Position numbers and translations under genes: made by a program. The notes beneath the pieces were generated by a model. It searched no databases. It was not told where the DNA came from and saw only the letters and a list, made by a program, of their open reading frames with translations. Positions 1-7,287 of a stretch of DNA of 12,353 bases are shown in pieces (within the stretch, counting starts at the first letter, position 1; each line of letters begins with the position of its first letter). The stretch is from Oligoflexia bacterium (GTDB lineage: Bacteria; Bdellovibrionota; UBA1018), in NCBI GenBank assembly GCA_043732485.1, contig JAYTHP010000142.1, forward strand, positions 1-12,353, in the 5' to 3' direction.

Positions 1-345
1 ATTCCAGCAAACGAGTCCGATATGCACCAGATTGAAGAAGCCCTCGAAAGTATTGGACTACCCAGGCCTAAACCAAAAGAAGTTGAGCAGCACCTCTGCG
101 CAGACAAGGGCTTCGACTCAGCTGCCAACCGGCAACTAGTAGAAGAGTGGGGTTACACTTCTCATATTATCAAGCGCGGGACTCAAGTTAAACCCATTCG
201 ACGCTATAATGCCAAGCGGTGGGTTGTTGAACGTACCCTTTCATAGCTTAATCAATACTGCGGGATTCGAACGCGACGGATTCACCACCTCGCAGTCTAT
301 CGGGCAATGACATTTTTAGCCTGCGCTTGCGTCATTTTAGCTTAA
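1..345 (+). pseudogene. IS5-family DDE transposase, C-terminal part, with premature stop (5' part outside window)
   Basis: Frame +1 is open from base 1: ...LCADKGFDS...YNAKRWVVERTLS*LNQYCGIRTRR...FLACACVILA*. ADKGxD and RWVVERTxxWL are IS5-family motifs. The TAG at 244-246 sits where the conserved Trp (TGG) is expected, and the homology-like sequence continues in frame to TAA at 343-345. Confidence 0.9.
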
Positions 346-379
346 CTATGATATTCGGGGTTTGCGAAGCTGGCTCTAA
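1..379 (+). mobile_element. Right end of an IS5-family element (probable terminal IR ending GGCTC at 376, followed by a TAA target)
   Basis: The transposase remnant is followed by ...TTGCGAAGCTGGCTC|TAA, which resembles IS5-family ends with TWA targets. LRR-like coding sequence on the minus strand abuts exactly here. The left IR is outside the window, so the end cannot be confirmed. Confidence 0.6.
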
Positions 380-1111
380 GGTCGCCAGTGGGGTAATGAG
401 TCAAATCGAAGTGCGTCAGTGAACGATTCTCCGCAAGCGCCCGAGCGCCATCATGTCACCTCGTCAAGTAGGGTTACCTGCCAGAACCAGCTTAGAAAGA
501 TGCCGGTTGTGAGGCAACGCTTGCGCGATTACCCACAGACCGAAGCTTCCCAGCGCTCGTTTCATTTAATCTTAAAGTACGTAACTTACGATTGTTCCTC
601 AGAGCCTGGCCAATTGCGATGCCGCCGCTCACTCCGAGCAGGTTGCCGCTGAGATCCAGCAAGACGAAATAATTATTCTATTTTTCCAGTGCGCTACCAA
701 GTAACAGGCTGCCCTTAAATTCCATCTCGTTGTTGCCAAAATTTAAGCTCAAGAGGCAGTTATGCTCGCTCCGCAGGGATACAGCAAATTCCTGCGCGCA
801 ATTGTAACCGCAGCTATTCTTACCAAGATCTAGCCTCTGGAGGCGGTTATTGAGGGAGCAAAGCGCCTGAGCGATTTCGCCTGCTCCGCAGTCATCAATT
901 TCACTGCCAACCAGTTTTAGGCTCACAACGCGGTTATTGCCATGCACGAGCGCCTGACTCGATTACTCGATAAACCCAGCTCACTGAGGTGATTATTCAT
1001 GCTCCTTAAGCCTAAAAGCGCCCCCGCTCTTTGACTGCTCAGATTGCAGCCTGAGAAATCAAGCGAGCGAAGGTGGTTTTTTTCACTACACCAAGCAAGC
1101 GTAACGTCCAA
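380..1111 (-). pseudogene. Ribonuclease-inhibitor-like (28-29 aa) leucine-rich-repeat protein, fragmented
   Basis: Manual translation gives consecutive 29-aa units VHGNNRVVSLKLVGSEIDDCGAGEIAQAL / CSLNNRLQRLDLGKNSCGYNCAQEFAVSL / RSEHNCLLSLNFGNNEMEFKGSLLLGSAL / EK*NNYFVLLDLSGNLLGVSGGIAIGQAL. It continues RNNRKLRTLRLNE, then after frameshifts LGSFGLWVIAQALPHNRHLSKLVLAGNP and DGARALAENRSLTHFDL. Upstream units include NHLRSLDFSGCNL and NNHLSELGLSSN. There is one in-frame TAG (678-680) and frameshifts near 960, 557 and 460. Confidence 0.85.
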
Positions 1112-1122
1112 ACTGACTTTGT

Positions 1123-1680
1123 CTCGGTCTGTATTTCTGCCTTTATCTCTTTATTGACATTTACTCGCGAAAAATTGTGGGCTGGAAGATTCACGACCGA
1201 GAGGCGATGGAGCTTGCTGCCGATTTACTGAACGAAATTTGTATCAGGGAAAATATTGATAGAAATCAATTGGTTCTTCACGCTGATCATGGTGGCGCCA
1301 TGAAGGGATCAAGCATTGCTTTTGACCACGCAAAGCCTGGGCGTTGCCTCTTCGTTCTCTCGGCCCGCGGTTAGCAACGACAAGCCTTTTTCAAAGGCTC
1401 TTTTTAGGACCGTAAAATATTGTAACCTATTTCCTTCGCAGCCTTTTGCAGTAGGAGAGCGTCGCTTGGATGGTTAAGTTCGAGCATTGGTACAATACTC
1501 AGCACCTGCATAGTGGCATTAAATTTGTGACGCCGAGCGCCCGCCATAAGGGCAAAGGCCTGAAAATATAAGAAAAAATAAAATAATTCTACCAGCCGCT
1601 AGAAATGAAACACTCTCTACGCTGGTCAAAGAACCACAGAAACTGCGACTTAATTAAATCCGTCAAATTAAACTTCTTAA
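1123..1680 (+). pseudogene. IS3-family-like (rve integrase core) transposase remnant, 5'-truncated, with multiple frameshifts and stops
   Basis: Stitched reading: GLYFCLYLFIDIYSRKIVGWKIH...LVLHADHGGAMKGS / LGVASSFSRPAVSNDKPFSKALFRTVKY / WMVKFEHWYNTQHLHSGIKFVTPSARHKG...RWSKNHRNCDLIKSVKLN. Frameshifts near 1315 and 1460 and two in-frame TAA near 1570-1586. The catalytic Glu position reads Lys (FSKALF). ORFs 1177..1374 and 1605..1799 are pieces of this gene. Confidence 0.88.
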
Positions 1681-1721
1681 AAATTCCACCCTGTAAGCTA
1701 GTTCAGATAAATTCAGTTGAT

Positions 1722-1746
1722 CCGACAACTATCCTGAAAGTCACTG
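1722..1746 (+). mobile_element. Probable right terminal inverted repeat of the IS3-like element
   Basis: CCGACAACTATCCTGAAAGTCACTG lies shortly after the transposase remnant and resembles ends I recall for this transposase group. The matching left end is absent (deleted), so this cannot be verified here. Confidence 0.4.
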
Positions 1747-1822
1747 CCACCAACGACGCCAAAAAAATAGAGACCTTCAAGCAAGCGGCCTTAGTGTGAA
1801 AAAAATCATACCTTTTCCTCCT
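1747..1822 (-). pseudogene. Stranded 5' end of a secreted-protein gene (SD + ATG + frameshifted signal peptide), probably the start of the LRR gene
   Basis: Minus strand: AGGAGG (1822-1817), 7-nt spacer, ATG (1809-1807), then a T7 run. Adding one T gives MIFFHTKAACLKVSIFLASLVA, which is signal-peptide-like and runs into the putative IS end. Confidence 0.5.
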
Positions 1823-2076
1823 GATCGTTTTCCTGATCTTCCTACCTACCTTCCGCGCAACAATTACGCGACCAAAATAAGCTCCGCGATTAGCCATCCA
1901 CCCTCCGTCTTCCAATCTCGAATGAAGGCTTGGGGAATTCAGAGTCATAGTTTTGACGGTAACCCTAGCAGTGGCCCATCCTCCCTGCCCCCGCCCACCG
2001 TTCATCACCTCCCGCTAGATTCTACTCGACCGGTAAGCGCTTTACTTTCTCACCCTAGCGCTTTAAACTTTTAGTT

Positions 2077-2847
2077 ATGAGCCTGCACACTTTCCAACGC
2101 CCGCCCCAACTTTTACGCAAAACCGCTTGGATTTCCTGGGTTTTTCTCCTCGCACTCTTCGCCCCCACGCTTGCAGCCGCTAAACCAAAATTAGGTCCTG
2201 AGGCCCTGCCGCTCTCCCACACCTACGGCTACTTTCAGAACTCAGCGCACCCGGCCTGGCAGTTTTGGCGGCTGATTCCCTATTATGCGCCACAAAAGAC
2301 CGGCAGTTCTTGCTCGGTGGCAAGCGTCACCTTGCTCCTGAATGCGCTGCGCTCGCAACTACCGCTTACCGCCGACGATCCGCTCGTGTCAGAGGAGCTT
2401 TTGCTGCAGCGGGTTAAAAATCCGATCTGGGCTCGGGCAAGCGGCGTGACGCTCGATGAACTGGCCATTTTGACCCAGGAAAGTCTGCGGGCTTATGAGC
2501 TTGCGTTCACCCAGGTGCATGCCGTCCACGCCGATCCCAGTCACCCTAAAGTGCAGGCAAGCTTGCACCAGGACTTGCTGCAACTCACCCAAACTCCCCA
2601 CACTTATCTGCTTGCTAACTTTTTACAAGGCGCCTATACCGGGGATGCCAATATCGGTCATGTCTCGCCCGTAGGGGCTTACGACCCTGTCCAGAAAAAA
2701 GTCTTGATCCTCGACGTGGACCGGGAATACTACGAGCCCTACTGGGTATCTGAGGAGACTTTTTTCAAAGGGATGGCTACCCTTGATGAAGGTGCCAAGC
2801 AAAACCGCGGTTACGTGCTGGTAAAAGTGTCCCCTGTTAAGCACTAA
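2077..2847 (+). CDS. Exported phytochelatin-synthase-family (papain-fold) protein
   Basis: Motifs QKTGSSC (Gln73, Cys79), GHVSPVGAYD (His195) and VLILDV (Asp213). Gln-Cys spacing of 6 and His-Asp spacing of 18 match the PCS catalytic domain. N-terminal Sec-type signal RKTAWISWVFLLALFAPTLAAA. No Cys-rich C-terminal domain. Confidence 0.9.
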   Translation: MSLHTFQRPPQLLRKTAWISWVFLLALFAPTLAAAKPKLGPEALPLSHTYGYFQNSAHPAWQFWRLIPYYAPQKTGSSCSVASVTLLLNALRSQLPLTADDPLVSEELLLQRVKNPIWARASGVTLDELAILTQESLRAYELAFTQVHAVHADPSHPKVQASLHQDLLQLTQTPHTYLLANFLQGAYTGDANIGHVSPVGAYDPVQKKVLILDVDREYYEPYWVSEETFFKGMATLDEGAKQNRGYVLVKVSPVKH

Positions 2848-2884
2848 CCCCCTCGCAGTCGCCCCCCGCATGCGCGTGCACTCT

Positions 2885-3109
2885 TTAGATCCTACCACCT
2901 GCGTAGGGACATCCCGGACAGCCTGGGACAATTTGCTCGAGATAGAAGTTCCAAACCCCCTTCAAGGGGGCCCTCAGGCCGGCGGATAAAATCCCAAAAA
3001 GCGTTACCACGAGTGCGGCAAGCAACAGGTACTCGACCATCGCTTGACCTTTGGGCTGGTGGAGCCGCGCCCTCAGATTTTTTGCAAAAGAACTCCCCAT
3101 AGCTTTCAT
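2885..3109 (-). CDS. Flp/TadE-like type IV prepilin (class III signal peptide)
   Basis: Basic leader, then KG|QAMVEY (Gly -1, Glu +5, Tyr +6), then the hydrophobic helix LLLAALVVTLFGILSAGL. C-terminal CPGC. The start could be 3109 or 3100. Confidence 0.8.
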   Translation of the reverse strand: MKAMGSSFAKNLRARLHQPKGQAMVEYLLLAALVVTLFGILSAGLRAPLKGVWNFYLEQIVPGCPGCPYAGGRI

Positions 3110-3188
3110 TATAAGTTAAAATGAAAAAAATTGTCTGCTAATAGTCTCCAAAACCTTAATCTTCACGGGCTAGCCTTCCATTTCAACT

Positions 3189-3752
3189 ATGCTTAATCGT
3201 ATAAAATTGCTTCTCACCCCGTTTTTACCCTACCTAAGCGTTTTCTTCCTACTCCTCGGGGCGCTTCTTTGGAGCCAAGCCCACTTGCAACCCTTGCAAA
3301 AGGACGGAGCGGTGACCCAGACACCGTCGGTGGGGGCCACCTTAGCTGATTTTCACTGGACCACGCTTGATGGCAAAACCAGTACTTTTTCTGATCACCC
3401 CAGGAAATTGACGCTCCTGAACTTCTGGGCCAGCTGGTGTGATGCTTGTATGGAGGAGATGCCCTCGTTAGTGCGACTGCGAGAAGCCTATGCATCACAA
3501 GGATTTGAAATCATTGGCGTTAACCTGGATGAAAACCCGCTGGAGATCATCCCGCAGATCCAAAAGAAATTCCAAATCCCGTTTCCCCTGGTCGCTGATT
3601 CGCAAAGCACCTTAGTGCAGCTATTCGCAGTCTATGCCATTCCGATGACGCTGGTTTTGGATCAAAACCGGAAGGTTCTCCTGCAAATTGACGGCGAAAA
3701 GGACTGGAACAGCCCATGGATGCATCATCAAATGGACGCTTGGCTAAAATAA
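3189..3752 (+). CDS. Membrane-anchored TlpA/ResA-family thiol:disulfide oxidoreductase
   Basis: N-terminal TM segment, LLNFWASWCDACMEEMPSL active site, and cis-Pro loop AIPMTLVLD. Confidence 0.92.
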   Translation: MLNRIKLLLTPFLPYLSVFFLLLGALLWSQAHLQPLQKDGAVTQTPSVGATLADFHWTTLDGKTSTFSDHPRKLTLLNFWASWCDACMEEMPSLVRLREAYASQGFEIIGVNLDENPLEIIPQIQKKFQIPFPLVADSQSTLVQLFAVYAIPMTLVLDQNRKVLLQIDGEKDWNSPWMHHQMDAWLK

Positions 3753-3766
3753 CCCCCGAGCCCGAT

Positions 3767-4543
3767 TCAAGAAACAGTCGCAGCCACTCTCAGCACTTCA
3801 CGTAACTCACGCACCCGCGCGGAGTAATCGGGGTAAGAAAACAGCCCTAGCCCGAGCACGAATTGATCGGCACCTGCCTGATAGAGCGCAGCCAGGTTGC
3901 TTTCGTTCACCCCGCCATCGACTTGAATCAAAAAACGCTGCGGCTGCTGCTGCTGGCGTAAGGCCACAAGCCTGTGCAACTTGTTGATTGTTTGCGGCAA
4001 AAAGCTTTGTCCACTGAAGCCCGGATTGACGCTCATGAGCAGCACGACGTCCACCAGATCCAAGACTTCCTCTAAAGTACCCAAAGGGGTTGCAGGATTT
4101 AACGCCACCCCCACCTGACAGCCAAGTGAGCGAATGAGCGTTAAAAGGCGCTGCAGGTGAACGGCCGCCTCCACGTGCACCGTAATGCGGTGCACCCCCA
4201 CACTGGCGAGCTCACGCACCCAACGCGTAGGATCCGTGACCATCAAGTGAGCGTCCATCAGACAAGACTGCTGTTGCATCATGAAATGCCGCGCCACCGC
4301 TTGCGCCAACGCCAGACCCACCCCGAGATTAGGAACAAAATGCCCATCCATGAGATCGAGATGAAAACCATCGATCCCTGCCGCCTGACAACGTGCAAAC
4401 TCGGTTTTCAAGTCTAAACAATCGGCACTGAGCAGCGAGGCTGCAAGCTGCGGCGCAGGTCTTGCAGCAACCGTGGCAGTGGCAAGCGTTGTTGGCAAGA
4501 ACAAGGAGAAGGAGGGTGGTGATGGCACGGAGTCGCCCGTCAT
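3767..4543 (-). CDS. rpe: Ribulose-phosphate 3-epimerase
   Basis: SLLSAD, HLDLMDGHFVPN, DAHLMV, LLMSVNPGFSGQ and VDGG motifs. The start overlaps the fmt stop (ATGA). Carries an N-terminal extension of ~30 aa. Confidence 0.95.
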   Translation of the reverse strand: MTGDSVPSPPSFSLFLPTTLATATVAARPAPQLAASLLSADCLDLKTEFARCQAAGIDGFHLDLMDGHFVPNLGVGLALAQAVARHFMMQQQSCLMDAHLMVTDPTRWVRELASVGVHRITVHVEAAVHLQRLLTLIRSLGCQVGVALNPATPLGTLEEVLDLVDVVLLMSVNPGFSGQSFLPQTINKLHRLVALRQQQQPQRFLIQVDGGVNESNLAALYQAGADQFVLGLGLFSYPDYSARVRELREVLRVAATVS

Positions 4544-5673
4544 GCGGGGCCTAACGCTAAGGATAGAGGTAGCGTCAATTTCTTGCCGCTTAACCCATTG
4601 AGAAATTCACGCTCATTCATTTCTTTTTTCCCTTCCCACTGCAGCTTCAGCAGCTGCAAAAACTCTGGAGGCGAGGCGAACGACGTTGGTGTTGACAACA
4701 ACGTCGGCTCTGATCCACTTAAACCCACGCCTGATAACGCTAAAGACGCTTCCGACCCACCCCTCACCCCCAAGAACACCTTCCCCTCAAAAGCAACAAT
4801 TTTACCAGCTTGAGACCCACCCCCGGCCCCAATCTCGCTTAAGCTCTCAGCCGCTCGTGCCGCCTCGAGGGCTGAGCACGCCCGCGCCGCCTTCACCTTC
4901 AAGCGCTCAAGCGCGGGTAACACCCAAAGGCTCGTCCCAGGCCACGGCTGTAACGCCCGCACCTGTCGCTCTAAAGCGATCGCTGCGCCCTGCTGCCAAT
5001 CCAGTTTTTCCATTGCTTTATCGAGTTTTGCGGCATAAAGCACCCCCCCAGGATCCTGCGGAGCCCCCAGAAACGGCTTGCCACTGGCAAAAGCCTCATC
5101 CCAGTGGTGCAACGTCTTGAGCAGCAGGGGTCCTCCCAGGTCTGCTAAACGCTGTTGCAAGGACGCAGCCGTTTCCTCGCGCTGAATAGCCACCCTTTCT
5201 TGGAAAAAAATATTACCAGCGTCAAGCGCCCGCACCATCTGCATCGCCGTGACTCCGGTGACGGCGTCCCCTGCCAAAAGCGCGCGCTGGATCGGTGCAG
5301 CCCCGCGCCAGCGCGGCAATAAGGAGGCATGGAGATTTAAACAGCCAAGCGCCGGAATCTCTAAAATCACCTGTTTGAGCAACTGCCCATAAGCCACCAC
5401 CACGATCACGTCGGGGCGCAAGGCGCGAAGTTGCTCCTCAGCCGCCCCCAGCTTCTCAGGCTGCAAGACCGCTAAGCCGAAGCGGAGCGCCGCCTGTTTG
5501 ACGGGCGGCGAGAAGGCCGCCGCATGCTGCCTCCCTCCCCGACCCGACGGGCGATCCGGCTGGGTAAACACCGCCACCACCTCATGCGCCTCGTGTAAGG
5601 CCTCAAGCGAAGGCAGCGCAAACTCCGGCGTCCCCATGAACACGATTCTGAGTCTGCGTGTGGCGCTTGTCAT
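4540..5673 (-). CDS. fmt: Methionyl-tRNA formyltransferase
   Basis: IVFMGTPEFA, TQPDRPSGRG, VVVAYG, NLHASLLPRWRGAAPIQ, LDAG, PWPG and LQWEGKK motifs. Confidence 0.97.
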   Translation of the reverse strand: MTSATRRLRIVFMGTPEFALPSLEALHEAHEVVAVFTQPDRPSGRGGRQHAAAFSPPVKQAALRFGLAVLQPEKLGAAEEQLRALRPDVIVVVAYGQLLKQVILEIPALGCLNLHASLLPRWRGAAPIQRALLAGDAVTGVTAMQMVRALDAGNIFFQERVAIQREETAASLQQRLADLGGPLLLKTLHHWDEAFASGKPFLGAPQDPGGVLYAAKLDKAMEKLDWQQGAAIALERQVRALQPWPGTSLWVLPALERLKVKAARACSALEAARAAESLSEIGAGGGSQAGKIVAFEGKVFLGVRGGSEASLALSGVGLSGSEPTLLSTPTSFASPPEFLQLLKLQWEGKKEMNEREFLNGLSGKKLTLPLSLALGPA

Positions 5674-5710
5674 CTCAGACCTTTCATCTCAGACCTTTCA
5701 TCTCAGACCT
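5670..5710. repeat. 14-bp tandem repeat TCATCTCAGACCTT, ~2.9 copies, containing the fmt start codon
   Basis: Copies at 5670-5683, 5684-5697 and 5698-5710 (13 of 14 nt). On the minus strand the unit is AAGGTCTGAGATGA. Confidence 0.95.
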
Positions 5711-5740
5711 CTCCACTCGGGCATCTCAAACGACCCCTCC
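5670..5740 (-). promoter_or_regulatory. Chain of overlapping upstream mini-ORFs (MPEWRGLR, MKGLR, MKGLR) coupled to fmt
   Basis: ATG5724..TGA5698, ATG5701..TGA5684 and ATG5687..TGA5670, with fmt ATG at 5673. Every junction is an ATGA overlap. SD-like GGAGG at 5740-5736 and GGAGAGGT at 5714-5707. The geometry is certain; translation and function are inferred. Confidence 0.5.
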
Positions 5741-5824
5741 GGGTTCTACTCCCACAAGCCATGCCAAGACTTTTGCCTCTCACACAGACTCACTGGCAGC
5801 AACGTCCTCGCCATCGCTGGTAAG

Positions 5825-6502
5825 TTAACGCCTGCGGTTGGGGTCATCGTCATTTTTTGCACGCTCTTGCCGCAACCTGCGCTTGACCATCTCTTTTTTA
5901 AGTGGACTGAGCCGATCGATAAACAACCGACCCTCCAGATGATCCATCTCATGCTGGATGGCCACCGCAAGCAGCCCCTCGGCACTCAAGCTTCGCTCCA
6001 CCCCGTCTAGGGTGAGAAAACGAATCCGAATCTTCTCAGCACGCTTCACCTCAGCTGTAAACTCGGGCACCGACAAGCACCCCTCGGTGAACATCTGCGA
6101 CCCTTCGCGGTAAACCACCTCAGGATTCATCACAATACGAGGATTCTTGTTTTCCATTCGTCGCTTGTGGGAAATCAGGGGGCTCGCTTCCTTAAAACTT
6201 TGTTTCTTTGCGGGGGCCGCGTCCGGAGTCGTTTTCAAAGACAAAGACCCGTCGTCTGCCTGCCGCTCTTCTAAGCCTGCTCCTTCTTCCTCTTCATCAA
6301 TCACGTCATAATCGACATCGAGGACCAGCATCCGTTGCAAAACCCCCACCTGATTGGCTGCCAAACCAATGCCTGGAGCATCGTACATCGTCTCAAGCAT
6401 CTGATCGGCTAGCCGAAAGTGCTCTTTCTCTACTCTGACAATAGGGCGAGCCACTTGTTTTAAAACCAGCTCGGGGAAGGTGTAAATTTTTAATTTTGCC
6501 AT
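5825..6502 (-). CDS. def: Peptide deformylase
   Basis: GIGLAANQ, EGCLS and QHEMDH motifs. Likely start is ATG 6502 (MAKLKIYTFPE). Large insertion between motifs 1 and 2. Confidence 0.97.
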   Translation of the reverse strand: MAKLKIYTFPELVLKQVARPIVRVEKEHFRLADQMLETMYDAPGIGLAANQVGVLQRMLVLDVDYDVIDEEEEGAGLEERQADDGSLSLKTTPDAAPAKKQSFKEASPLISHKRRMENKNPRIVMNPEVVYREGSQMFTEGCLSVPEFTAEVKRAEKIRIRFLTLDGVERSLSAEGLLAVAIQHEMDHLEGRLFIDRLSPLKKEMVKRRLRQERAKNDDDPNRRR

Positions 6503-6552
6503 TTGATGGTCAGAGGCTACCAAAATTTAAAAAGAAAAGCTACACTAGGAAT

Positions 6553-7287
6553 ATGGGATCCGCACCTCCAGAAACTAGAGCCAAGCGCAATATTAGGCTG
6601 GCCCTTGAACTGGCTGAATCCCAGAACAAGAAGAAAATGCTCAGTTATAGGCTCGATTACGCCAAACAAGGCACCGCGCTTGCGAAAAAAAGAAAAATCA
6701 CCGAGGCCGTCAAAGCCTGCCAAACCTACTTACATTTAGTTGAAGAATTCAAAAAAGTCGAAGAAGGGCAACTCATGCCCACGCTCTTTGATTTTAAGAA
6801 GGAAATGACTGAATTATTCATTATTCACGGGATTTACTGGGATTTAACGAAAATCTACGATCAGGCCAACTCCAAGGAAACCTATTCTAAATTTGCCCAC
6901 TATCTCGAAAAGTACATTATTTTCTCAAAAGGGATGTTTTACCAGCGCTTGGCCGCCCGTACCGTCGAATCCTACTTAAGTCAAAGTAGGGTCTCCTACC
7001 GCCCGGAACTCAAAAGAGCCTACGACAACTTGAAGGTCTCCCGCTGCTTTATTGCCACAGCTTTGCAGCATCAGCTACCCAGCGAGGTCATTCCCACCCT
7101 CAGTCGCTTTCGCGATGAAGTCCTAAGACCCTCGCCCCGTGGCCGCACCCTGATTGCGCTTTACTACCGCAAAAGTCCTGAGCTAGCTAAAAGAATCATT
7201 ACGCTCCCCCGCTCCTTGCAGTGGCTTTGCGCGCAGCTGCTAGTGGCTCTCACCCACTTGATCAATCGGCTGTTACCCAAAAACTAG
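6553..7287 (+). CDS. CFI-box-CTERM domain protein with a helical (TPR-like?) N-terminal region
   Basis: From 7045: CFIATA...LSRFRDEVLRPSPRGRTLIALYYRKSPELA plus a hydrophobic tail, the characteristic CFI-box pattern. Start chosen at ATG 6553 (AGGA upstream) to avoid overlap with def. Confidence 0.8.
   Translation: MGSAPPETRAKRNIRLALELAESQNKKKMLSYRLDYAKQGTALAKKRKITEAVKACQTYLHLVEEFKKVEEGQLMPTLFDFKKEMTELFIIHGIYWDLTKIYDQANSKETYSKFAHYLEKYIIFSKGMFYQRLAARTVESYLSQSRVSYRPELKRAYDNLKVSRCFIATALQHQLPSEVIPTLSRFRDEVLRPSPRGRTLIALYYRKSPELAKRIITLPRSLQWLCAQLLVALTHLINRLLPKN

Noticed and set aside
419..652. Plus-strand 77-aa ORF
   Set aside because: It is the antisense shadow of the LRR pseudogene.
244..680. TAG read-through or recoding (in-frame TAG in both the IS5 and LRR genes)
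   Set aside because: Both lie in a decayed region with frameshifts. Intact genes (lepB, CFI-box protein) use TAG as a genuine stop.
1703..2074. ORFs 1703..2008(-) and 1796..2074(+) as real genes
   Set aside because: They are low-complexity, mutually overlapping and motif-free. The region is better explained as a divergent intergenic stretch plus the stranded gene start at 1809.
5670..5724. CRISPR-like array
   Set aside because: The repeats are 14 bp and directly adjacent, with no spacers and no cas genes.
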